From an uncultured Alphaproteobacteria bacterium (lineage in GTDB: Bacteria; Pseudomonadota; Alphaproteobacteria; ATCC43930; CGMCC-115725): a DNA stretch of 64,000 nt. Positions 57,064 through 64,000 of the stretch are shown one piece after another; the stretch's first letter is position 1, and each line of letters opens with the position of its first letter. The stretch lies in the NCBI GenBank assembly GCA_963785735.1, contig CAWAWJ010000001.1, positions 196,873 to 260,872 of the forward strand, in the 5' to 3' direction. The translations under genes were made by a program, and so were the position numbers. The notes beneath the pieces are model-generated. The model was not told the origin of the DNA and searched no databases. It saw only the letters and a list, made by a program, of their open reading frames with translations.

Positions 57064-58637
57064 CCGCCCATACTCCCCGACATGACGCTATGGAGGTTGA
57101 TCGACAACACGATGAGCACGCCGTAGATCATCATCAAGGCCACGGCCGAGGCGCCGAAGCCGGCGGTTTCCATCAGGCCCTGGCTCTTCGACTTGAAGAG
57201 CGAGACATAGGTGACGCCGCCCAGCACGGGCAAGCCGAGGCCGCGCAGGCGCTGGAGCGTGGTGTAGGAACGGTCGATCTGCGTCAGCAAGACGGGAATG
57301 GCGAGACCGCCGAGCACGCCCGCCAGCATCACCACCGAGAACAGCAGCGGGCGGTTGGGGGCGAAGGGCACGGTCGGCACCTGGGGCGCGTCGACGATGC
57401 GGAACTGGATCTTGTCGGCGGTAGTGTCGGCCGCCTGGGCGAGGTTGGTCGCTTCGCGCCGCGACAGCAGCTCCTCGTAGTTCTTCTTGAGGATGCCGTA
57501 GTCGCGGTCCATGTCCTCCATCTGCGCGTCGACCCCGGGCTGGGATTGGGCGATGGCGGTGACGCGGTCGAGCTCGGTCTGGGCCTGGTCGGCGCGGCGC
57601 TGGAGCGAGACCACCTGGGACTGGGCGTCCAGCAGACGGATGCGGACCTGATCGTAGACCACGCTCGAGACCCGGGTGCGGACCACGATGGTCTCGCCGG
57701 ATTCCGAGGTGGTGGTGGTCTTGAGGCCGTGGGCGGCGCCGATTTCGGCGCTGAGCGCGCCGATCTGGTTCTTGAGCGCGATCACGTCGGGATGCTGGTC
57801 GGTGTCGCGCAGGCGCAGATCGACGAGCTGCTGTTGCAGCGCGGCCAGACGCTGTTGGGCGGTGGCGCCGTTGCCGAGGGTGGCGGTGGTCGAGGTCGCG
57901 TCGAGGCCGGTGACCGGAATCAGGCTGTCGATGTTCTTCTGGACCTCGTCGCGCTTGACGATCGCGTCCTGCAAATCGTTCTTGGTCTGCTCGAGCTGCT
58001 TGCGCAGGCTGTCGATCGCGCTGGCCGAGGCCGCGCCCGACAGCACGTCGAGATGGGCGGTGCGGAAATCGGCGTTGCGCTTTTCGGCGTCGCGGAGCTG
58101 CTGCTCATAGAGCGCGATCTGGTCGTTGAGGAAGCGCTGCGCGTTGTCCATCTGCGCGCGCTGCGTGCCGGCGGTGTTCTCGGCGAAGATGGTGAGCAGG
58201 CTCTGCACCACGTTGCGCGCGGTCGTCGGATTGGTGTCCTGATAGGTGATGACGAACAGGTTGCGCGTCTGCGGGATGATCACGATCTGCTGCATCAGCC
58301 TCTGGATGAGCGCGTCCTTGTCCGCCGCGGACTTGACGGTACGGTCGAGGTCGGCCATGTGCATCAGCTGTTCCATGTTCGGGCGCGACAGCAGCGTGTG
58401 CTGCAGCACGTCGAGTTGCTGGCCGGGATCGACATCGACCGTGATGCCGCGCAACAGCGGCGTCAGCAACTGGTCGGCGTCGACATAGACGCGCGCCATC
58501 GACTCGTACCGGCTCGGAATCATGGCGACGACGGTCCAGCCGACGATGCACACCGCCCAAGCCGCGAGCGCGACGATCCATTTGCGCCGCCAGATCGCGT
58601 GCAGATATTGAAGAACCAGACTGGAGAGGGATTCCAT
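57060..58637 (-). CDS. Polysaccharide chain-length determinant (Wzz/EpsF-type, XrtA system)
   Basis: 525 aa. N-terminal TM (WIVALAAWAVCIVGWTVVAMI) plus the PSRYES Wzz motif, a long coiled-coil periplasmic region, and a C-terminal TM pair. Confidence 0.75.
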   Translation of the reverse strand: MESLSSLVLQYLHAIWRRKWIVALAAWAVCIVGWTVVAMIPSRYESMARVYVDADQLLTPLLRGITVDVDPGQQLDVLQHTLLSRPNMEQLMHMADLDRTVKSAADKDALIQRLMQQIVIIPQTRNLFVITYQDTNPTTARNVVQSLLTIFAENTAGTQRAQMDNAQRFLNDQIALYEQQLRDAEKRNADFRTAHLDVLSGAASASAIDSLRKQLEQTKNDLQDAIVKRDEVQKNIDSLIPVTGLDATSTTATLGNGATAQQRLAALQQQLVDLRLRDTDQHPDVIALKNQIGALSAEIGAAHGLKTTTTSESGETIVVRTRVSSVVYDQVRIRLLDAQSQVVSLQRRADQAQTELDRVTAIAQSQPGVDAQMEDMDRDYGILKKNYEELLSRREATNLAQAADTTADKIQFRIVDAPQVPTVPFAPNRPLLFSVVMLAGVLGGLAIPVLLTQIDRSYTTLQRLRGLGLPVLGGVTYVSLFKSKSQGLMETAGFGASAVALMMIYGVLIVLSINLHSVMSGSMGG

Positions 58638-58667
58638 GATGACTGCCTTTACCCGTTCCGTCCGTTT

Positions 58668-59426
58668 CTAGAAGTAACGCTGCGGAATGATGAGGATGTC
58701 GCCCGGGCGCATCGCGATGTTGTCGGCCACGTCGCCTTCCTTGACCAAGCCGTCGAGCTGCACCTTGATGGTTTCCTTGCGGCCCTGGAAATTTCGCACC
58801 AGGACCGAGCGGTCGCCGGCGGCGAACCGGGTCAGGCCGCCGACTTCGATCATCACGTCGAGCATCGTCATGTTGGCGCGATAGGGAATGGCGCGCGGCT
58901 GCATCGCCTCGCCGATGACGCGGACCTGTTGCGAGAACGGACCGACGAAATTCGAGACGATGACGGTGACGATCGGATCCTTGATGTAGGCCTTGAGCCG
59001 CTCCTCGACCTCGCGCGAGAGCATCGACGGCGTCTTGCCGACCGCGACCACGTCGTCGACCAGCGGGATCGATATCTTGCCGTCGGGACGGACCGGCACC
59101 TTGGTGGAAAGATCGGAATTGCGCCAGACGAAGATGTCGAGCTCGTCGCCCGGACCGATGAGGTAGTTCTCCATGCTCGGATCGCTCAAGCCCGCCGAAG
59201 CGGGGCCCGGCAAGCCGGCGCTCTGGGTCATCATCTGGGCCGGCATCGCCGGAGCGTAGGCCATCGGCGCCGGACTTTGCGGCATGGGAACCTGGGCGGC
59301 CATCGGCGTCTGCGGCACCGGGATCTGGGTCTGAAGCTGGGGCTGGGCCGTGGCCATCTGCGGCCCGGCATAGTTCTGCCGCACGAATTGCTGCTGCGCG
59401 GCGGCCGGACCCTGCGGCGCGAGCAC
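58668..59426 (-). CDS. Polysaccharide export protein (Wza/EpsE-type Poly_export + SLBB domains); C-terminal frame of an apparently frameshifted gene
   Basis: YLIGPGDELDIFVWRN..VPVRPDGKISIPLVDDVVAVGKTPSML..E.. plus a C-terminal SLBB-like LRPGDILIIP. This frame has only a GTG at 59426, no signal peptide, and a TGA at 59616-59618 upstream. Confidence 0.8.
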   Translation of the reverse strand: MLAPQGPAAAQQQFVRQNYAGPQMATAQPQLQTQIPVPQTPMAAQVPMPQSPAPMAYAPAMPAQMMTQSAGLPGPASAGLSDPSMENYLIGPGDELDIFVWRNSDLSTKVPVRPDGKISIPLVDDVVAVGKTPSMLSREVEERLKAYIKDPIVTVIVSNFVGPFSQQVRVIGEAMQPRAIPYRANMTMLDVMIEVGGLTRFAAGDRSVLVRNFQGRKETIKVQLDGLVKEGDVADNIAMRPGDILIIPQRYF

Positions 59427-59446
59427 CGTCGGCTGCGGCTGGGGAT

Positions 59447-59790
59447 GGCGCGTATTGCGGCTGCGCGTATTGCGGCTGGGGCTGCGCCTGCGCCACGGGT
59501 TGCGGCTGCGGCTGCGGCTGCGGCTGCGGCGCGTATTGCACCTGGGAGTATTGCGGCTGCGCGTATTGCGGCTGCGACGCGGCCACCACCGGCTGCGGCA
59601 GGTTCGGGCGCGCGTTCATGTCGGGCGGAATGCTGAGCCCGCTATTGGCGGCGGCCTGCTTGGTCTGATAACGCTGATAGCTGTTGCCGACCAGGTCGTC
59701 CGACCAATCGGTGATCGAGGAACAACCCGCCACGAACAGCAGTGCGATAACCAAGACCGGGCGAAGAGCATAACGCGGCAAGAGAGTCAC
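59447..59790 (-). pseudogene. N-terminal fragment (lipoprotein signal peptide plus Pro/Gln/Tyr-rich linker) of the export protein, in a different frame
   Basis: The frame of ORF 58105..59790 begins MTLLPRYALRPVLVIALLFVAGC (lipobox), then ..PQPVVAASQPQYAQPQYSQVQYAPQPQPQPQPQPVAQAQPQPQYAQPQYA. Downstream of about 59449 the same frame turns into Ala/Arg/Gly junk. Confidence 0.6.
59450..59575 (-). repeat. In-gene tandem repeats: (GCGGCT)n hexamers and 15-nt GCGTATTGCGGCTGC units encoding PQ and QPQYA repeats
   Basis: Read directly. gcgtattgcggctgc-like units at 59450, 59465, 59531, 59546 and 59561, and gcggct repeated 4-5 times at 59502-59530. Confidence 0.85.
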
Positions 59791-60033
59791 TCCCCACAGT
59801 GTGATGGCCGCCCGATGATCGCCATCGAACTCGGCCCGCTTGCGCCGGAAGATTTTTCAAAAAGCCGATTTCGCCTTTTCGCTAAATCTTTCAAACGCTA
59901 GACCCGAGATATACCGGGAAAAGCTTACTGAAAGGTTATCCGGATTTAAGTATCTGTTTCGCGGCTTGCTGGCTTACGTAAATAAAATCTAAAGATTAAT
60001 ACGGCTAAATATCGGGCATGACCGGGACCGATC

Positions 60034-61152
60034 ATGTTCGGGGTTAACGGCCGGGCATCCGACCGCCTGTCGCCTTCCCTCGCCGACATATCCGCGATTG
60101 AAACCTGGCGCCTGCCGGATTGGGACATCGCCATCCGCCAGGCGCGGCGCGCCGGTCTGCTGGCGCGCCTGTCCTGGTTGATATCCTCTGCCGGGCTCGG
60201 CGGGCGCGTGCCGGAACGGGCGCGGGGGCATCTCGAAGCCGCGCAAATCCTGGCTCGCAAACACGCGAGCGACGTGAAGCGCGAGCTCGATCATATCGGC
60301 AAGGCCCTCGCTGGAATCGGCGTCAAACCCATCCTGCTCAAGGGCGCGTCCTATGCGGCGGCGGGATTGCCGCCCTCGCAGGGACGACTCTTCGGCGACA
60401 TCGATATCCTGGTGCCAAGGATTCTCATCGGCGCGGCCGAAAAGGGGCTGGTTGCGGGCGGCTGGCGGGCGGTGAAGCAGGATTCCTACGACCAGAGCTA
60501 TTACCGCCGCTGGATGCATGAATTGCCGCCCTTGCAGCACGAGAGCCGGCGCACCACCATCGACGTCCATCACAATATCGTGCCCTTGACCTCGGCCCAC
60601 CCGGTCGATGCCAAGCGCATGATCGACGCCGCCAGGCCGGTGGGAAGCGACGGGCGTTTCGCCGTGCTGGCGCCCGCGGACATGGTGCTGCACGCCGCCG
60701 TCCATCTGTTCGACGACGGCGAATTCGTCAATGGCTTGCGCGATCTCGACGACATCAACCGGCTGTTGCGGCATTTCTCCGCCCCGTCCGAATTCGGGCC
60801 CGATTTCTGGGACGTCTTGACCGCCCGGGCGGCGTTGCTGCGGCTCGAACGGCCGCTCCACTACGCCCTGCGTTACGCCGCCCGATTCCTGGGGACGCCG
60901 GTGCCGAAGCGAATCCTGCGCGACCCCGTCCCCGCACCGGCCGCGATGACGGCGCGGCTGATGGACTCCGTATTCGAGCGGGCGTTGCGCCCGCTTCACC
61001 CCAGCTGCGGCGATCGGTTCACTGGACTGGCCCTGGGGTTCCTGTATCTTCGCGGCCATTGCCTGCGCATGCCGCTTCGGCTGCTGCTGCCGCATCTCCT
61101 GCGCAAGGCGGTGCTGCGGCGGCTCAAACCGGCCGAGGCGCGCCCCGCATAG
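60034..61152 (+). CDS. Uncharacterized nucleotidyltransferase-family protein (NTP_transf_5-like)
   Basis: 372 aa. ILLKGASYAAAGLPPSQGRLFGDIDILVP (GxxxD.D nucleotidyltransferase motif) and TIDVHHNIVP. Confidence 0.6.
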   Translation: MFGVNGRASDRLSPSLADISAIETWRLPDWDIAIRQARRAGLLARLSWLISSAGLGGRVPERARGHLEAAQILARKHASDVKRELDHIGKALAGIGVKPILLKGASYAAAGLPPSQGRLFGDIDILVPRILIGAAEKGLVAGGWRAVKQDSYDQSYYRRWMHELPPLQHESRRTTIDVHHNIVPLTSAHPVDAKRMIDAARPVGSDGRFAVLAPADMVLHAAVHLFDDGEFVNGLRDLDDINRLLRHFSAPSEFGPDFWDVLTARAALLRLERPLHYALRYAARFLGTPVPKRILRDPVPAPAAMTARLMDSVFERALRPLHPSCGDRFTGLALGFLYLRGHCLRMPLRLLLPHLLRKAVLRRLKPAEARPA

Positions 61153-61208
61153 ACGGAGCCAAGCCGATTCTTTCCTTCCTCGCCTATTCCTTCCTGTTGC
61201 AGCCGACG

Positions 61209-61934
61209 GTGTTCATCGTCACCGCCATGGCCGGGATTTTGCTCGCGCTCGGACGGCGCAAGCGACTCGGGCTCGGGCTCGCGTTTCTGAGCCTACTCTG
61301 CTTGTACGCCTTCGCCACGCCCTATGTGTCGACCCGGCTTCTCCAGATTCTGGAAGCGCAGGTTCCCGACACCACGCGCAATTTCGACGACGCCCAGGCG
61401 ATCGTCGTGCTGTCGGGCACCATCCATCACGGCGACAACGACAAGGTGCCGGACCAGTTGGGCCTGCTGACGCTGGAACGGGTGGCGCGCGCGGCCGAGA
61501 TCGAGCGCGCGCACCCGCTGCCGATCGTGGTTTCGGGCGGCAAGGTGGGCAACAGCCGGGAGACCATGGCGGTATTGATGGAACGCGCGCTCCAGCAGGA
61601 TTTCGGCGTGTCCGTGCGCTGGCGCGAGGAGCAATCCGCGACCACCTTCGAGAATGCGCGCTTCGTGGCGCGACTGCTGGGCGAGGCCAAAATCCACACC
61701 GTGATCCTGGTGACCCAGCCCTGGCACATGCCGCGCGCGCTCTGGGCCTTCGAGCATGAGGGGCTCGACGTCATCCCGGCGCCGACCATCCGGACATATC
61801 TCAATCTCGGCACCCCGTTCGACGCGAATCTGTACCTGCCGCAATCGGATGCGCTCACCGACAGTTTCTACGCCCTCCATGAAATGCTCGGGCTGGCCTA
61901 TTACAAATTCTATTACGGGCAGGTTCATGACTAG
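61209..61934 (+). CDS. YdcF/ElyC-family protein (DUF218)
   Basis: AIVVLSG......PIVVSGGK.....ETMAVLMERAL.....EEQSATTFENARF.....HTVILVTQPWHMPRA is the DUF218 pattern. Start uncertain (TTG 61059, GTG 61209 or ATG 61227). Confidence 0.7.
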   Translation: MFIVTAMAGILLALGRRKRLGLGLAFLSLLCLYAFATPYVSTRLLQILEAQVPDTTRNFDDAQAIVVLSGTIHHGDNDKVPDQLGLLTLERVARAAEIERAHPLPIVVSGGKVGNSRETMAVLMERALQQDFGVSVRWREEQSATTFENARFVARLLGEAKIHTVILVTQPWHMPRALWAFEHEGLDVIPAPTIRTYLNLGTPFDANLYLPQSDALTDSFYALHEMLGLAYYKFYYGQVHD

Positions 61935-63105
61935 AGCCGTCACGGCGGAGGCCCGTCATGGCGGCCGGCCGCCATGGTCGCGCCTCCCCCTTGCGCTGAC
62001 CGTCCTCACCGCGCTGTGCTTCCTCGGTTTCGGGCTCCTCCACCCGGCCCTCAATTTCGATCTCATTCCCTACGCGGCCCTGGCCAAGGAGATGCGCGGA
62101 GCGGGCGGGAAAGACGAGGTTTACCGCGAGCTCGCGGCGAAGGTGGGCCCGGTCCGTTTTCAGGATTTCGCGTCGGCGCCCTATGAGAAGAAGATGCGGG
62201 AGGACGACGCCTTCTTCGAAGCGAACATGCCGTTCTACAAGATCCGGCCCTTGTACATCGCCCTCTGCTCGGCCGCCGGATTTCTGATCGGGAACGACGT
62301 GGTCGCGACTTATGCCGTCTCCGCGATGGCCGCGTCCCTGGCCGTGCTTCTGTCCTTCGCCTTCGTCCGAACCGTCGGCGCGCCCACCGGGCCCTGGCGG
62401 ATCGCGGCGCCGCTCTCCTGGGGCATCGCCGGCGGGCTGCCGCTCGCGGCGCTTTCCACGCCGGACGCGGTGGCGGCCTTGGTCAGTTTGCTCTTCGTGC
62501 AGGCCTGGATGGCCGAACACTGGAGCAACACGCGTTCGGTTCTGTTGATCGCACTCGCCGGCTTGATCGTGGCGGCGCGCACGGATGCGGTTTTGCTGGT
62601 GGTGCCGCTGCTGCTCTGCGAAGCGCTGCTTTATCCGCGCCACCGCGCCGTGGCGCTCTTGGCGCTCGCCGCGGCGGTGGCGAGCTATGCCGTCATCCAG
62701 AAACTAACCGGCAATTACGGCTATATCGCGGTGCTCAATTTGACGCTGATCGACGGGCCGCAGCAGCTTCTCGTGCCCAATCCGGTCCCCAATCTTCCGG
62801 GCTATCTAAAAGCCTTCGCGCGCGGAAGCTTGCAGGTTCTGAGCGAGGGCGATGGCGGCATATTCCTGCTGGCGGTGAGCTGCCTCGCCTTGGTGTCCAT
62901 CCGCGAATGGCGGCTGCGCGGAGCGCCAAACGCAACCGCCTTCGACCGGCGGATTCTGATGCTGTCCGGCGGGTTGATTTTCTACCTCTTGGCGCATTTC
63001 GCGCTCTTTCCGGCGCCCTGGGCGCGTTTCATGATGGCGACTTATGTGCTGGCGGGCCTGCTTTTCGCGCGGGCGGTCGAGCGGGATTTCGCGGCGCGGC
63101 GCTAG
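61927..63105 (+). CDS. Polytopic inner-membrane protein of unknown function (possible GT-C/Wzy-like envelope enzyme)
   Basis: In-frame part of ORF 61756..63105. Start ATG 61927 overlaps the ydcF-like stop by 8 nt. About 9-10 hydrophobic segments. I recognise no diagnostic motif. Confidence 0.5.
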   Translation: MTRAVTAEARHGGRPPWSRLPLALTVLTALCFLGFGLLHPALNFDLIPYAALAKEMRGAGGKDEVYRELAAKVGPVRFQDFASAPYEKKMREDDAFFEANMPFYKIRPLYIALCSAAGFLIGNDVVATYAVSAMAASLAVLLSFAFVRTVGAPTGPWRIAAPLSWGIAGGLPLAALSTPDAVAALVSLLFVQAWMAEHWSNTRSVLLIALAGLIVAARTDAVLLVVPLLLCEALLYPRHRAVALLALAAAVASYAVIQKLTGNYGYIAVLNLTLIDGPQQLLVPNPVPNLPGYLKAFARGSLQVLSEGDGGIFLLAVSCLALVSIREWRLRGAPNATAFDRRILMLSGGLIFYLLAHFALFPAPWARFMMATYVLAGLLFARAVERDFAARR

Positions 63106-63118
63106 AGGCCGCGCCTTT

Positions 63119-64000
63119 TTACGCCGGGCGCCGGCGCGCGCTAAAGGCGATCAGCGCGGCAATAAGGCAAGCCAGGACGAGGCTCGCTTCCGAGGCGAGC
63201 GCCGAATATCGGCGCACCGGCGTCGTTACCGGACCGATCTCGATGTCGTTGAGGCCGGGCTCCAGCGGCACCACCATCAGATCGAAGGCGCCCTGGAGCG
63301 GCGTCACCGCCCGGCCGTTGAGCCGCACTTCCGTCCCCGGATACCAGGGATGGGACAATTGCGCGTAACCCTGGCCGCTCGCCGTGACGCGCAGGCTCAC
63401 GGTCTGGAGCGAGACGCTGTAACCGTCGAGCGCCGCCCGCCAGGAATTATCCGCCGCCGGCGCCGGGCTTCCGGGAGGCACAACGCGCACCGGCAACGCC
63501 GCCGCCAGATGGGAATCCCAGGCGATGCCGGAATCGCGCAGATATGTCTCGAGGAAATCCTCGATGTTTGATATTTGCGGCGAGGGTTCGGCGCCTTCGA
63601 AATCCCCGGGCCACAGCATGGGCTTGTCGAGCCGCGCGGGCGGCGCCAGACCGGCGAGGCGCCGGCTGAAGATCGCGGGGCTCGCATCGGCGATATGGAT
63701 CACCCGCCCGAGCGGGCCTTCCGCGCGCGCCTGAACGAAGCTGTCCGGACAACCCGCGGCGACGGGGGTTACGCAAACGATGCGGCTTACGTTCAAGAGA
63801 CGCAGCAGCGCCAGCGTCGAGCCTTCGACACGACCGTTGCGGCGGAGATCCGAAGCCGCAAGCTCGACGATGGTCTCGGCATAATTATGAATCCGGGTCG
63901 CCGCCATGTTGTGATGGCCCGCCACCCGTTGCACCATCGCATAGGCGCTGAGCGGCCCCGCGCCCGGCCCGATATCCGCCTCTATGGCGCCGTCCCGCGC
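63119..64000 (-). CDS. C-terminal part of a large membrane protein (YfhO-like GT-C family?), N-terminus beyond the window
   Basis: The frame stays open to position 64000 upstream of the listed Met. SHPWYPGTEVRLNGRAVTPLQGAFDLMVVPLEPGLNDIEIG followed by a final TM helix resembles the YfhO-type C-terminus. Weak call. Confidence 0.45.
   Translation of the reverse strand, partial: ARDGAIEADIGPGAGPLSAYAMVQRVAGHHNMAATRIHNYAETIVELAASDLRRNGRVEGSTLALLRLLNVSRIVCVTPVAAGCPDSFVQARAEGPLGRVIHIADASPAIFSRRLAGLAPPARLDKPMLWPGDFEGAEPSPQISNIEDFLETYLRDSGIAWDSHLAAALPVRVVPPGSPAPAADNSWRAALDGYSVSLQTVSLRVTASGQGYAQLSHPWYPGTEVRLNGRAVTPLQGAFDLMVVPLEPGLNDIEIGPVTTPVRRYSALASEASLVLACLIAALIAFSARRRPA

Noticed and set aside
59502-59530. 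(GCGGCT)n and 15-nt tandem repeats as a CRISPR-like array or a slipped-strand phase-variation switch.
   Set aside because: The repeats are contiguous with no spacers, lie inside a coding region and encode PQ/QPQYA repeats. Unit lengths (6 and 15 nt) are multiples of three, so slippage would not change the frame. The frameshift lies just outside them.
61059-61208. Extension of the YdcF-like ORF back to TTG 61059 (Ala/Gly-rich MPAHAASAAAAASPAQGG...).
   Set aside because: It overlaps the last 94 nt of the preceding nucleotidyltransferase gene and is low-complexity. A start just before the first TM helix (GTG 61209 or ATG 61227) is more plausible, though unresolved.
63119-63210. The C-terminus ..ALASEASLVLACLIAALIAFSARRRPA (TM helix plus Arg cluster) as a possible PEP-CTERM sorting signal for the nearby exosortase.
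   Set aside because: There is no Pro-Glu-Pro motif. The preceding domain (..WYPGTEVRLNGRAV..GLNDIEIG) plus a terminal TM helix fits the C-terminus of YfhO-like polytopic membrane proteins better.

Overview
High-GC (roughly two-thirds G+C by eye) chromosomal segment. The gene order dapF-mtaB-ftsY and ffh-rpsP-rimM-trmD-rplS-leuC..leuD-leuB suggests an alphaproteobacterium (Rhizobiales-like); this is inference. I found no rRNA, tRNA, CRISPR array, transposase or integrase. The window has four blocks. (1) 1-14.9 kb, accessory and metabolic genes: a partial ABC ATPase, a nitroreductase, and an RpfF-like crotonase convergent with an RpfC-like hybrid kinase that is preceded by a REC-PAS kinase (a candidate DSF-type signalling module). 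Then a hydratase, a class V aminotransferase, an MFS transporter, a methyltransferase and a YdiJ-like FAD/Fe-S oxidase. (2) 14.9-27.9 kb, housekeeping core (SRP, ribosomal proteins, leucine genes), with a solitary pstS between leuC and leuD and long low-complexity tails on S16 and L19. (3) 28.1-59.8 kb, a large exosortase A (XrtA)/PEP-CTERM-type exopolysaccharide locus that opens with a very AT-rich promoter island. It holds a priming sugar transferase, prsK-prsR-prsT regulators, Wzx and Wzy-like proteins, several GT2/GT4/GT9 glycosyltransferases, an APH-like kinase, a methyltransferase, an acyltransferase, an ATP-grasp::LMW-PTP fusion, an XrtA-EpsI fusion, a deacetylase, an outer-membrane barrel, a BY-kinase, a chain-length determinant and a Wza/EpsE-like export lipoprotein. 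The export lipoprotein is split over two reading frames inside a Pro/Gln repeat tract. (4) 60-64 kb, a distal envelope cluster: nucleotidyltransferase, YdcF/DUF218, a polytopic membrane protein and a YfhO-like partial gene. The observations I rate highest are the DSF-like module with non-canonical output, the ATP-grasp::phosphatase fusion, the translationally coupled kinase/methyltransferase/GT operon, and the frameshifted exporter. Many very long ORFs in the six-frame track are antisense artefacts of the high G+C content. Family assignments rest on motifs I read by eye plus memory of the families. None has been confirmed by a search.
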